Virus record (IMG/VR): IMGVR_UViG_3300037400_002094
Location: 29,893-93,892 of that record
Length of the DNA stretch: 64,000 bases
Source of the DNA: a virus
Lineage: Duplodnaviria > Caudoviricetes
Direction: 5' to 3' (one strand)
In this document: positions 1 to 10,060 of the stretch, one piece after another
Numbering within the stretch: position 1 is the first letter of the stretch
Layout: every line of letters begins with the position of its first letter
The notes under the pieces: model-generated
Database searches by the model: none
What the model saw: the letters and a program-made list of their open reading frames with translations, nothing else
What the model was told of the DNA's origin: nothing
Position numbers and translations under genes: made by a program

Positions 1-1
1 T

Positions 2-397
2 GATTTCTATTACACGAAGATTATTATAAACAGCATCAACATACAGTATGACAACGCACAGTGGGATTTGAACCCAGAGGGTATAGGCGTGATGCCGATG
101 TTCGCAAAGGTAAGCATGTCGTTCACGTTCCTTGGAGGAAGCGACCTGGCAGGGCCTATCTCAAGGCTTCAGAACGCTGTTTCATTCAACTACTATGCTA
201 ATGCCAGTGTATATGACAACCGTGCTGAGAGAGTCATGTATAGTGACAATGGAGACGGTAAGGAGATACTTTATAAGCCGTTCACTTATCCAAATCCTTA
301 TGGAGAGAGGTCTAGAAACCTTATAATAGGTGATGGTGATAATTCAATAAAGAAGGATAACATTGACAGAAGCGGTGTTGGATATGAAGACGCTTAA
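2..397 (+). CDS. 5'-truncated virion (baseplate/tail) protein, C-terminal part
   Basis: Frame is open from base 2 (DFYYTKIIINSINIQYDNAQWDLNPEGIGVMPMFAKV...LQNAVSFNYYAN), so the listed TTG at 68 is not the start; it lies directly upstream of baseplate genes. Confidence 0.6.
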   Translation, partial: DFYYTKIIINSINIQYDNAQWDLNPEGIGVMPMFAKVSMSFTFLGGSDLAGPISRLQNAVSFNYYANASVYDNRAERVMYSDNGDGKEILYKPFTYPNPYGERSRNLIIGDGDNSIKKDNIDRSGVGYEDA

Positions 398-407
398 ACT
401 TTAGATT

Positions 408-725
408 ATGAAATACAGTAGATATAACACATTTATTGTGGACGGTGCTTACAGGGCAATACCGTTCATAAGTATACCTCAGAGGTCTACAGATTGTTTT
501 GTGTTCTATGAGGCTGGTAAGACAAGGCTAGACCTTCTGTCTTACCAGTATTACAATGACCCTAACTATGGATGGCTCATATTGCAGGCTAACCCAGAGG
601 CAGGGTCTTTGGAGTTTATGATAGAAGACAATACGAAGCTTAGAATACCGTACCCACTTGAGACAGCTTTACAGGGTTACGAAGATGAAATAGATAGATA
701 CGATAAATTATACGGTTTAAACTAA
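408..725 (+). CDS. Baseplate wedge protein, LysM-like (T4 gp53 / P2 gpX-like)
   Basis: 105 aa; motif RLDLLSYQYYNDPNYGWLILQAN...LRIP typical of LysM-like tail X/gp53 proteins; next to the hub/lysin gene. Confidence 0.7.
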   Translation: MKYSRYNTFIVDGAYRAIPFISIPQRSTDCFVFYEAGKTRLDLLSYQYYNDPNYGWLILQANPEAGSLEFMIEDNTKLRIPYPLETALQGYEDEIDRYDKLYGLN

Positions 726-735
726 TTGAAAATAT

Positions 736-3700
736 ATGGCAAGGCATCATGCAACTGTCACTTATGTAGAACCAAATGACGTTTTCAGTGGTCTCACAGC
801 CGCTGCTGGGGATGGTAATGTCTATGACAGAGCGCCAAACCTGGAGGACTATTGTATAGCACTCGATATCGAGGTTGAATTGGCTAGTAGGGATGACCCT
901 ATGCACAATAAGGACAAAGAAAACAATGTCATTATTCTATCATACAGGGACACAAAAATTGATAGTAGAGTGAATTTCATGAGTGGTAGTAAGATACCAG
1001 CAAATATCTCTCCAAACGTGTTGACTTCTAAGTATGCCGACATGTTTGTGACAGACCTTGTTGATTATGGAACTACTGAAATGCTTGGCATCAAGTCAGT
1101 TGATGTTGAGTATAACAATGCGTGTGTGCCTATAATAACCATTAAGTTCACCGACGTTAGAGGTATGTCCCTCTTCCAGCCTTCAGAGCTTAATCATACA
1201 ACTTCATACAATAGAATAAGGGGCTTCACAAAAGATAACATAGCCCAGTCATTTTTCCATTCGTTCTTTGCAGTGCCGCTTCCTAAGTATACGATATACT
1301 TGAAAGGATTCTATGGACAGCCTGTTTCATATGAGGTCATGTGTGATAAATTTGATGCAGTGTTCAATTCTTCAACTGGAGATTTCGATGTTACTGCTAA
1401 GTTTATAGGTTATGCTTATTCCTTCATGTCAGATATATCTTTCACGGCACTTCTTTCTGCCCCATACTCTGATTATATCGGACAGAAATACTGGGATGAT
1501 AATGTAGCAAATGGAAAATTCACCTTACCAGATAAGACTGGCGAGGATAAACTACCTATGCCTAAACTTTTTGAGATTAGAAAGTTCATTAAGACGCTTA
1601 TTAATGAGTCAGATACAGACATGCAGGAGACAACCGTTTCTGAGGAGGAGTCAACGCATGCACTTGAGATAAGTGAGCTTAGTAAGCTGAGAAGGAATTT
1701 TAGAAAGTGGTATACTGACTTGTACACGATAGCAAGTAAAAAGTATGGCAGTGATTTCGTATTTGCATTTGGTGGAGATAATGAGGACACTGACTATAGG
1801 AGAATTGTAATACTAACAAACGGTAAGAATATTGAAGGTAATAATTTGTCAGATGAATTCTTACAGTATGATGATTTTAAGAAGACAAACAGTGACCTTT
1901 ATAATCTTATTGACAACTATAACAAGTCTAACAACTCATACAGGAAGATAAATAACATAAGCATTGACTTTAGTAGATACACTAAGGTCAACACTTTCAA
2001 TGAGTTCTGGTACAATAGTAAGAAGAAGGAAATAGAGTTTGGAGGCTTTCATCGTAATAACGTTCTTCCAACTGAAGAAACTACTAGGGTTATGTTTAAT
2101 GACCAAGATAGGGGAAGGCGCTTTAGGAAGATGTATGACGATGGAGTTAATCAGTACTTGGATGCATTCATTATAGAGCAGGATTATAGCGATATCAAGA
2201 ATAGAATAGATATGCTCATAGAGGATGCCAATAGGCCTACCGACGAAAAGGAGCTTTCAGCTAAGAGAAAGAAGCTTAACCATGATATGTTTAAGAAGAT
2301 GAAATGGTATCCTTCTGCTGAGAACTTCACCAAGATTGTAATGGCACATCTTGAGACATTCATGGCTATGATGTATGATGTCATCGGACAGACAAGCGGT
2401 AGAACGGCTCAAGATTTAGGTGTTTCTGTCGGACCTGATGGAAACTGTACCGACGTTGACTCTTCTTCAGAGACAATCCCTCCATTCCCACGTATTACCA
2501 AGTTGGTAACTGGTAGTGACGGTATCGTTAAGAGAGAGGACGTTTGGGCTGGGGATTTCACTTCTGGAATCGGATTCAAGGAGGTTGAAATGGTAAACGG
2601 TCTCCTCAATGGTGTTGCCGCCATGAAGCATGAGGAAGACCAGATAAAAAATTTGCTGGATGAACGAGATAGGGAACTAGAAGATGAGGAAGAAGAGGGA
2701 GAAGAGGGAGAAGAGTGCGCAGTTAATCGTCCTACAACCGCTACAGACTTTTTCACTACTAAAAACCCGTATGGTGATGGCACTGACATTTCGACAGACT
2801 ACAAGGCATTTGCTGGAAAGATAGCATTAAGGATGTATAATGTCCTGGCTTTGAACTCTTTTGGTGGGTCTTATGAAAAATGGGACACGCTTATACCTTC
2901 ACTTGCTAAGACTGAAGCAGAGAACTTCCATGATATGTTCAAGATTTCCAGCATAGAACTTCTTAACGGTATCTATGAGCATGGAAATGTAAGTACTGGA
3001 GAACAAATTTTAAAGATAATAACTGATAAGGCAGAGGGTAACAAGTACCCTTGGAATCCAGAGGGTAAGGCAAACCATGAACTTTTCTATAATGACGGTA
3101 CATTGTCTCTTAAAAAGTGGGAGACAAAGATGTCGTACATGAAAGATACAAAGAATGGAAAGACTGTTGACTCATTTACGACGCTTTATCCAGTACAGGG
3201 TATTTCGTTCCAAAAGCTTGATAGGACAGCAGAGATATTTAATGGTGGACAAATAGACGTTGAAAATAATGACATTACAATAAACGCCCTGCCTAATTAT
3301 GATGACGCTATAAAGAAAGTTATGAATAGTGATATAGACTCTGTGTTCAACATGGCTTATATCGGTAAGTATAATGGAAACATAACGTCAACACTTGAGA
3401 ATGCTTCAGCCAATAGTGATGAAGCATATAAAGACATATACGAAAACTACATAAAGCAGGTTGAGTTGAATAAAGATGAGTATAAATCATTCTTCTCATC
3501 AAAATCTGGTTTTGTATCTTCATTCAATCGTAAGATAGAGAACAACCATAAGATAAATAGTGTTGTAACAATAACAACAGCAGATTTAAGTGGTAATATA
3601 TACGTAGGACCTAATCCAGATAATGAAGATAACAGGTATTCATCTGATAAAGAGAAGCTTAGCGAATATTTCGATACAGACATATTCTATGACACTGTAA

Positions 3701-6700
3701 ACACTGGAACATTGACTGAGGTATTTGGCTTCAAGACTGTGAAGGATGATAAGGGTGAAAAGAGGTATGTCATCGATAAGGACAGCTCATTGATGCTTAA
3801 CTGGGATTATTATACCCTTAAGAGCTGGAGGGGTGCTGGAAACTATGTGTTCACGCCACATACGGTACAGATGGCATTTTTTGTAATGGGTCTTGATTGT
3901 TTCGATAAATTCACCATCGACTACAAGAGGGCTATACTTACGTTGCCAAAGCTTTTGGCGTTACAGATTGGTGCTGTCATAGCCGCACATCTTTCAGCGA
4001 ATGGATTTGGTTCAGCCAATGGAAGTGCAATGCAGTTTACACAGAAGGCATTTAACAATATTAGGAAGTTAATACATGTCTCTGAGGCTTTTGAGAACAG
4101 TATGTCAAGATTCTTGAACTCATTACACCCACTTGTAAGACTGGAGTTCGTTAGGTATTTTGTAAACTGGAGTAATCAGAATTATTCTCTGATAAGCAAG
4201 AACCTTCATATAACTTACAACAGAGATACGAAGAAGTATATGTTCCACAACGTAGGTGCTTATGTTGTTATATACAGGAATGAGGATGACTATGGAAATA
4301 TCAATGTCCATAGGGCACTTATGAACCAAGATGCCCAGTGTGTAAAGGATATTACAAATAGCCTTATGATTCCAGTATCATTCATTAAGGGCACTATGTT
4401 ATCAGAGGTGAAACCAGATAACGGAAGACCATTTTCAAAGGGTAGTTTTGTTGAGCTGGATAAGAGGAAGGCTGAGACTTATTTGGATGCGTTCTTAACT
4501 AGACTCAGAGAGCTGTTGCCTAAGAATGAGGAGACAGACACAAACAATATGACTGCTATTGCTGGAAATCCTAAACAAACCAATGAAGACATAAAGATTG
4601 AGTTGTACAGATACTTGAAACAGGTGTTTGATAAGTGGATACCTTCATCAAAGCAAGCAGACTGGAGTTATAACTCTTTCTTCAACAGGAAGACAGAACA
4701 CCAGTTCCATTTCATCGACTCATATTATAACAAGATTGGTGACAAGCTATTGATTAACCCATTCAAGTTGTCTGAGAAGATAAAGCTTGGAATAACGTAC
4801 AGTGATGTTAACGTTACGATGTTCAACTTCATGGTAGAGGTGTTCAAGGAGCACAGGTGTATGATAAGGTGCATACAGAACTTCATAGACCTGTCAGACA
4901 GGAAAGCTATGGAGGATATGTTCCATACGATACCATACATGGGTATGAACACACCTAAAAAGTTCTCCGATTTTGTTGTTGTGTACACATATGCCCCATC
5001 TAAGAACTTGAATGTGGCAAACAGTGAGTTTAAAGATGACGGATTCATGCTCAATGACGAGTTGGAAACGCCACTGGCTATTAGGTCAAGGGGAAATAGT
5101 GATGACAGCTCTCTAAAGGAGTCTAGTACCTACTACAAGCTTCCAGCATTCGGTGTGTCTTATGGGAGACAGTATCAGAGCTTCTTCAAAAATATAGATG
5201 TCGGTATGACCAACCCTATTATGACACAGCAGGCAATCATCGCAAAGCATGCCATACTTCAGGCAAGTAGAGCAGCAGTCGGTAAAGTAAGTGTCGCCCA
5301 AGATTTGTATGATGTCTATACCAACCAGTCATTCACCTGTAAGGTTGAAATGATGGGTTGTGCATGGGTTCAGCCAATGATGTACTTCGTACTTCTTAAC
5401 ATGCCTATGTTCAGAGGCTCTTATATGATTATGAAGGTTACGCATAGGATAAGACCTGGAGATATGACCACTGAGATAGTTGGTTCTAGGATGTGTAATG
5501 TGTCAACAAAACTTGTGGAAGACATGTTTACAGACGAAAATGCTAGTACTGGAGAAAATATTAATAAGTCAAACGATAAACAATACACCAGTGCAGCACC
5601 TAGCAATGACTGCCCATACAAGACATTCCCAATATCTGAGGACGTTTCATCTGGTACTGAGCTAAAGACTATGACAAAAGCTGAGTTAGAAAGTGGTACT
5701 ACAATAATAATGAAGGGGCTTCTTGAGCTTATACAATCTAAAGAAGGCAATGAATGGTATCAAAGTAATAGTGGTAACGCAATAGCCTTTGCTGCTGGTA
5801 TTGCTGGAAACATGTACCATGAGACTCATAGTAAGCCTACATTCTATCCAGGAACGGTCAACCATAATGACAGAGGATATTTGTCTGGAGGACTTTGCCA
5901 ATGGAGAGGCCTGGAAGGAGAAAACCTTGTATACCTGTTAAGGAATGAGCCACAGAACTACGGTAAACCTCTCAGTGAGAGGCATAAAGGCGATAGTAGT
6001 ATAAAGCCTTATAAGGCAGGAGAAGGTAAGGATGATTATGTAGAGAAGGAACTTAACAGGATTGGTGTTGACGGACAGCTTAGGTTCTTGATTAACACCC
6101 TTACGTATCCAGCTAAGAAGACCAACTATATTACAGGTAATTACACAGTTGAGAAGTTCTGTAGTGCCTGTGGAAATAACCCAGAAAAGGCGGCTAAGGA
6201 GTTCCGTAGAATATACGAGATAAGTAGTCAGTGTGATGCGGCTAGATGGCAGGCAGCTAACTCTTTCTATAATGAGTACATGCGAATTAAAACAGGTGGC
6301 ACTGCGAAAAAAGTAGGAGAGGATGAGCAGCATAACACGAAGAAGTATAACGAGTTGTTCTTCAACGCAGTACAGAAGTCAGCATATTCATCACGTGCAA
6401 CGTCGGTTAAGCTCAAGGCAACTTATAAGGGTGATGATACACTTATGATTCAGCAGGCTTATAAGGGTGAGAACAAGCTTGGATGTGTTTTCGATATAAT
6501 ACTTAATGGATATTATGAACACGTTCAACATCTAAACTGGGTGTATGACAATACGTATAGCACGCCTCCTATTGCCATCACCGCTGTTGTCGGAGAGAAA
6601 ATAAACGTAGCTAATAGGAATATATGTGTGGAAAAGAATAAAGACACAGCGTCTGCAACAAGACCATTCTCTGAAAATGACAAGAAGAAGGGACAGATTA

Positions 6701-7389
6701 ACGAGCAGCTTCTAACCAGTGTGGCTAAGAGGTATAAACCAGACCCAGTTACAAGTAAGGAACTGGTTAAGGAATTCCCTCAGTTCAAGAATATACAGGA
6801 TATATTCAAGGATTATACGCCTAAGAGCTGTGATGAAGTGTACAATAACAGCACCAATTATAACGTTAATAAGAACGGAGGTGCTAAGATAAATGAAGGT
6901 GGAAAGATTGAAAACTGGGACGCTAGAAAGGCAGCATCATGGCTTGTATGTGCTTCCAAGCCGTCTTCATTACATATATGCGCATTCGCAGTTCAACAGG
7001 CGGTTATCGCTGGTGGTATCAACGTCCTAACTGGAGTTGGTAGTGGTTACAGACAGGTTACAGCAATGACTAAGGATGGAACATGGGAATATGTTGCATC
7101 TGGTAAGACCAGTACCTCAGAAGTTGCTGGACTGAAGCCACAGGTTGGCGATATCATGGGAATGACCAGAGGAAATGATTTCGACTATTACGGACACATA
7201 TGTATGTATTGTGGTGAGCATGGCTGGGTAAGTGACTATATACAGAAGGACGGACCTTATGTATATGCTAGGAAAGGACGTAAGCCAGGAACGTACTGGG
7301 TTATTAGATATAAGGGAGGTGGAAAATCTACAACCAAACTCCCGCAAACGTGCTATAATGGTAAATGCTTAAATAGTGGGTGTGCCTAG
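736..7389 (+). CDS. Giant baseplate hub / tail-associated lysin with phage tail lysozyme and C-terminal Cys-His amidase (CHAP/NlpC-P60-like) domains
   Basis: 2217 aa; hub-like segment (CKVEMMGCAWVQPMMYF...GSYMIMKVTHRI); tail-lysozyme motif AGIAGNMYHE...GGLCQW; C-terminal CAFAVQQA...GHICMY...WVSDYIQ. Confidence 0.7.
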   Translation: MARHHATVTYVEPNDVFSGLTAAAGDGNVYDRAPNLEDYCIALDIEVELASRDDPMHNKDKENNVIILSYRDTKIDSRVNFMSGSKIPANISPNVLTSKYADMFVTDLVDYGTTEMLGIKSVDVEYNNACVPIITIKFTDVRGMSLFQPSELNHTTSYNRIRGFTKDNIAQSFFHSFFAVPLPKYTIYLKGFYGQPVSYEVMCDKFDAVFNSSTGDFDVTAKFIGYAYSFMSDISFTALLSAPYSDYIGQKYWDDNVANGKFTLPDKTGEDKLPMPKLFEIRKFIKTLINESDTDMQETTVSEEESTHALEISELSKLRRNFRKWYTDLYTIASKKYGSDFVFAFGGDNEDTDYRRIVILTNGKNIEGNNLSDEFLQYDDFKKTNSDLYNLIDNYNKSNNSYRKINNISIDFSRYTKVNTFNEFWYNSKKKEIEFGGFHRNNVLPTEETTRVMFNDQDRGRRFRKMYDDGVNQYLDAFIIEQDYSDIKNRIDMLIEDANRPTDEKELSAKRKKLNHDMFKKMKWYPSAENFTKIVMAHLETFMAMMYDVIGQTSGRTAQDLGVSVGPDGNCTDVDSSSETIPPFPRITKLVTGSDGIVKREDVWAGDFTSGIGFKEVEMVNGLLNGVAAMKHEEDQIKNLLDERDRELEDEEEEGEEGEECAVNRPTTATDFFTTKNPYGDGTDISTDYKAFAGKIALRMYNVLALNSFGGSYEKWDTLIPSLAKTEAENFHDMFKISSIELLNGIYEHGNVSTGEQILKIITDKAEGNKYPWNPEGKANHELFYNDGTLSLKKWETKMSYMKDTKNGKTVDSFTTLYPVQGISFQKLDRTAEIFNGGQIDVENNDITINALPNYDDAIKKVMNSDIDSVFNMAYIGKYNGNITSTLENASANSDEAYKDIYENYIKQVELNKDEYKSFFSSKSGFVSSFNRKIENNHKINSVVTITTADLSGNIYVGPNPDNEDNRYSSDKEKLSEYFDTDIFYDTVNTGTLTEVFGFKTVKDDKGEKRYVIDKDSSLMLNWDYYTLKSWRGAGNYVFTPHTVQMAFFVMGLDCFDKFTIDYKRAILTLPKLLALQIGAVIAAHLSANGFGSANGSAMQFTQKAFNNIRKLIHVSEAFENSMSRFLNSLHPLVRLEFVRYFVNWSNQNYSLISKNLHITYNRDTKKYMFHNVGAYVVIYRNEDDYGNINVHRALMNQDAQCVKDITNSLMIPVSFIKGTMLSEVKPDNGRPFSKGSFVELDKRKAETYLDAFLTRLRELLPKNEETDTNNMTAIAGNPKQTNEDIKIELYRYLKQVFDKWIPSSKQADWSYNSFFNRKTEHQFHFIDSYYNKIGDKLLINPFKLSEKIKLGITYSDVNVTMFNFMVEVFKEHRCMIRCIQNFIDLSDRKAMEDMFHTIPYMGMNTPKKFSDFVVVYTYAPSKNLNVANSEFKDDGFMLNDELETPLAIRSRGNSDDSSLKESSTYYKLPAFGVSYGRQYQSFFKNIDVGMTNPIMTQQAIIAKHAILQASRAAVGKVSVAQDLYDVYTNQSFTCKVEMMGCAWVQPMMYFVLLNMPMFRGSYMIMKVTHRIRPGDMTTEIVGSRMCNVSTKLVEDMFTDENASTGENINKSNDKQYTSAAPSNDCPYKTFPISEDVSSGTELKTMTKAELESGTTIIMKGLLELIQSKEGNEWYQSNSGNAIAFAAGIAGNMYHETHSKPTFYPGTVNHNDRGYLSGGLCQWRGLEGENLVYLLRNEPQNYGKPLSERHKGDSSIKPYKAGEGKDDYVEKELNRIGVDGQLRFLINTLTYPAKKTNYITGNYTVEKFCSACGNNPEKAAKEFRRIYEISSQCDAARWQAANSFYNEYMRIKTGGTAKKVGEDEQHNTKKYNELFFNAVQKSAYSSRATSVKLKATYKGDDTLMIQQAYKGENKLGCVFDIILNGYYEHVQHLNWVYDNTYSTPPIAITAVVGEKINVANRNICVEKNKDTASATRPFSENDKKKGQINEQLLTSVAKRYKPDPVTSKELVKEFPQFKNIQDIFKDYTPKSCDEVYNNSTNYNVNKNGGAKINEGGKIENWDARKAASWLVCASKPSSLHICAFAVQQAVIAGGINVLTGVGSGYRQVTAMTKDGTWEYVASGKTSTSEVAGLKPQVGDIMGMTRGNDFDYYGHICMYCGEHGWVSDYIQKDGPYVYARKGRKPGTYWVIRYKGGGKSTTKLPQTCYNGKCLNSGCA

Positions 7390-7404
7390 ATAAGTTGAGC
7401 TAAA

Positions 7405-7436
7405 TTTGTTTTTTTAACTTTTTTTATATATCTTTG
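7405..7436 (+). promoter_or_regulatory. Bacteroidota sigma-A-type promoter
   Basis: TTTG (7405-7408), 20-nt spacer, TATCTTTG (7429-7436); identical over 36 nt to 9963-9998. Confidence 0.85.
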
Positions 7437-7451
7437 CATAAAATTAGTGTT

Positions 7452-8042
7452 ATGAAGACGATAGGATATATAGTTACGGACAGAAAGTTAAATGATATTG
7501 AGGGTTTTGTGGAGCAGGTCAACGACTATTCGGAGGCTGACCCCACAAAACCTATTCTTATCATTGGATGGCAGAACGCAAAGACATTCGAGGGCTATAA
7601 CAACATCCTGGATAGGAAGCTTGGTGACAAGTTGTTCTGGACTTTCAAGAAGAGTGAAAGCCGATATGAGTTTGAGCAGGACTTGAAGAAGTTCTATGCC
7701 TTCGTGCGTAATAATATACTAAATAATCTAGAATATTATTATATAGATATATTGAAATTGAAGTATAGTAAATTAAAAAAACTATATAATATATTCAATT
7801 CTGACGATAGAAAAAATATTTATATAAATAATGGCCTTATGTACACTATGTACAACAATAAGGTTCTTGGAGTATCCTTAGAGGTACTTGAGTACTGTGG
7901 AATAAAACGAGACAAGGTGTTATCCTTGTTGGACTCTAACCCAAATAACATGCTGTTCTACAATACCAGCAGGGGATTGAATAAACTCTCCAGGTTCTTG
8001 GGAAATAAGAAGTACGCCATACCGTATTTCATATCAAGTTAA
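7452..8042 (+). CDS. Hypothetical phage protein
   Basis: Start moved to ATG 7452 because the listed TTG 7434 lies inside the promoter -7 box. Confidence 0.7.
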   Translation: MKTIGYIVTDRKLNDIEGFVEQVNDYSEADPTKPILIIGWQNAKTFEGYNNILDRKLGDKLFWTFKKSESRYEFEQDLKKFYAFVRNNILNNLEYYYIDILKLKYSKLKKLYNIFNSDDRKNIYINNGLMYTMYNNKVLGVSLEVLEYCGIKRDKVLSLLDSNPNNMLFYNTSRGLNKLSRFLGNKKYAIPYFISS

Positions 8043-8051
8043 TAAAATAAA

Positions 8052-8456
8052 ATGAGCACAAACGGAATTATAATTGGAACATTTGTAAAGAAAAACAGAA
8101 TCTTATCCTTTCTTGAAATGCTTAGGAGTGAGTACAAGATAAAGCTTGGCAAGGTTTTCATCTATTCCATAGATACTAACCAGGTTGAATATCTTGTTAC
8201 CTTCAAGACTTTTGATAAGGACAAATTTATCAAGAAGATTAACAATGCTACGGTCATGCATGTTAAGAACGGCTGTCTATTCTCTATAAATGCCCTTAAC
8301 AAGCTCATAGAAAAGGAAAAGGAAGACGACAAGCCAAACAACGAGTATCTGATTGATTGGGATTCCTACAAGGATAAGCTAATCATCCTAACAAACGGTG
8401 AGCTTTCAGTCTCAAATCTCACAAAGATAGACGATAAATCGGTATTTTTTGAGTAA
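8052..8456 (+). CDS. Hypothetical phage protein
   Basis: 134-aa ORF, A-rich start context, co-directional and tightly packed. Confidence 0.7.
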   Translation: MSTNGIIIGTFVKKNRILSFLEMLRSEYKIKLGKVFIYSIDTNQVEYLVTFKTFDKDKFIKKINNATVMHVKNGCLFSINALNKLIEKEKEDDKPNNEYLIDWDSYKDKLIILTNGELSVSNLTKIDDKSVFFE

Positions 8457-8461
8457 TCAGA

Positions 8462-8474
8462 TATTTATAGTAAA
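8462..8474 (+). promoter_or_regulatory. Putative phage late promoter (TATTTAT motif)
   Basis: TATTTATAGTAAA ending 11 nt before ATG 8486; the same 13-mer occurs at 23170-23182 before the neck gene. Confidence 0.55.
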
Positions 8475-8485
8475 TTATTATTACT

Positions 8486-8743
8486 ATGGGACGTTTTATA
8501 ATAAAACATATCAACAATTTCACGCCACAGAAACCTGCTAGCGTGAGTGAGGAAAATAACATAAACGAAAACAAGACCGTTATGACAACAGAAGAGAAGA
8601 TTGCAATGGCACAGGAAGTGCTTGGCGGCAAGACTCCAGCCTCTTCATTCAAGAGAGTGAAGAAGGATAAGGGTTTGATAGAGAGAACCGAGAGTTCTAA
8701 GACAATCTTGACAGAGGATAATAAAGAGCTTTTGAACGATTAA
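8486..8743 (+). CDS. Small hypothetical protein, probably late/head-associated
   Basis: 85 aa, follows TATTTAT motif; several I/L-x-E sites. Confidence 0.6.
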   Translation: MGRFIIKHINNFTPQKPASVSEENNINENKTVMTTEEKIAMAQEVLGGKTPASSFKRVKKDKGLIERTESSKTILTEDNKELLND

Positions 8744-8750
8744 TATAAAG

Positions 8751-9650
8751 ATGGCTAACACAAATATTAAGTATCTTAAGGAAAATAACCTATATGAGGC
8801 ACACAAGCACTTCATGCAGCTTGCTGAGGCTTCATACGGTAGACCATTCCCAGAAATGATTCATCATGATGTTGTAATGGACGAGGAAGGAGAAGAAGAC
8901 CCTAATGCAGCAGCTGGTGTAGACCCTAACGCAATGGGTGGTGCTCCTGCTGGCGACCCTAACGCTATGGGAGGTGGTATGCCAGGTTCTGACCCTAATG
9001 CAATGGGTGCAGACCCTAATGCAGCAGCTGGTGGAGACCCTAACGCAATGGGTGGACAGGATATGGGAGCTGACCCAAATGCTATGGGACAGCCAATGCC
9101 AGACGCATCAGCACCGATTGGACCTGATACTGGCGAAGACCCATTTGCAGACCAGCGTGGAAGTGAAGAGTCTGCTGGTGATGATGGTGAAATGGATGGT
9201 GATACAATAGATATAGAGGGGCTTACAACCGCACAGGAGAAGCTTGACGTTAAGCAGAACCAGGTTGGTAGAGACCTTGCTAAGGTAGATGATAGAATTA
9301 TAAAGCTCATAGACACAATCAAGGGATTCCAGGACAGACTAGACCAGAATAACAGTGAGCTTGAGAACTTAAAGGCTGAGTTTGAAAAGAGAAATCCAAC
9401 ACAGACCGAGAAGCTTGATATGCGTGGTGTGTTTGACTCATTCCCGTTTAATGTAACACCAGATGGTTTCTGGAGTCAGAAGATGAAGGAGAGAAACAAC
9501 TACGAGCTTTATGCTGACAATGACAAACCAGTTGAAGACCAGTATACAATTACTGACGAGGATTTGGAAGATACGCCAACCGACATATCAGACTCATTCA
9601 GCATCGCTGATGATGATATTCAGACCCTAGATAAAATGTTTAAACTGTAA
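8751..9650 (+). CDS. Acidic low-complexity plus coiled-coil protein (possible scaffold/head core protein)
   Basis: 299 aa; seven DPNA repeats, an acidic linker, then a heptad-like segment (LTTAQEKLDVKQ...LENLKAEFEKR). Confidence 0.5.
   Translation: MANTNIKYLKENNLYEAHKHFMQLAEASYGRPFPEMIHHDVVMDEEGEEDPNAAAGVDPNAMGGAPAGDPNAMGGGMPGSDPNAMGADPNAAAGGDPNAMGGQDMGADPNAMGQPMPDASAPIGPDTGEDPFADQRGSEESAGDDGEMDGDTIDIEGLTTAQEKLDVKQNQVGRDLAKVDDRIIKLIDTIKGFQDRLDQNNSELENLKAEFEKRNPTQTEKLDMRGVFDSFPFNVTPDGFWSQKMKERNNYELYADNDKPVEDQYTITDEDLEDTPTDISDSFSIADDDIQTLDKMFKL
8898..9086 (+). repeat. Coding repeat, 7 x DPNA(M/A)
   Basis: GACCC(T/A)AA(T/C)GC(A/T) recurs seven times with variable Gly/Ala/Met spacers. Confidence 0.85.
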
Positions 9651-9913
9651 TGAAGAAGATTATTGTTAGAGAAGAGGACTTCAAAGTTCTACAAGAATCT
9701 ATTGATAAGCCTATCGTGGATGAACCTATTGAGGATATTCCACCATCGGAACTTGGTATGGAAGTTATCAATAACTTAATCCATGCCATAGACAGATTCT
9801 ATACCGTTAGAGGCTTGAGAGGTGGAATACCAGGGGCAAACGCTAGACTGTATAAAAAATATAATCTAGACGGTTTGAAGAAGGATTTATTGAGAATAAG
9901 GAATTCTCAATAA
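9650..9913 (+). CDS. Small hypothetical protein with putative head-targeting leader
   Basis: 87 aa, TAATG overlap with the upstream gene; N-terminus MKKIIVREEDFKVLQESI. Confidence 0.65.
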   Translation: MKKIIVREEDFKVLQESIDKPIVDEPIEDIPPSELGMEVINNLIHAIDRFYTVRGLRGGIPGANARLYKKYNLDGLKKDLLRIRNSQ

Positions 9914-9922
9914 TCTATATTA

Positions 9923-9963
9923 TTTCCCCAACAGTTAAAAATGTTAAAAAATTGTTGGGGAAA
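9923..9963. repeat. 11-bp inverted repeat (possible terminator or operator) just upstream of the SSB promoter
   Basis: TTTCCCCAACA (9923-9933) ... TGTTGGGGAAA (9953-9963). Confidence 0.6.
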
Positions 9964-9965
9964 AA

Positions 9966-9997
9966 TTTGTTTTTTTAACTTTTTTTATATATCTTTG
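9966..9997 (+). promoter_or_regulatory. Bacteroidota sigma-A-type promoter for the SSB-tdk-recA operon
   Basis: TTTG-N20-TATCTTTG. Confidence 0.85.
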
Positions 9998-10060
9998 CAT
10001 TAGAAAACTTTAAGCATGTTTTGACATGTATGTAATAATTTTTTTAACAACATTTTTTTT

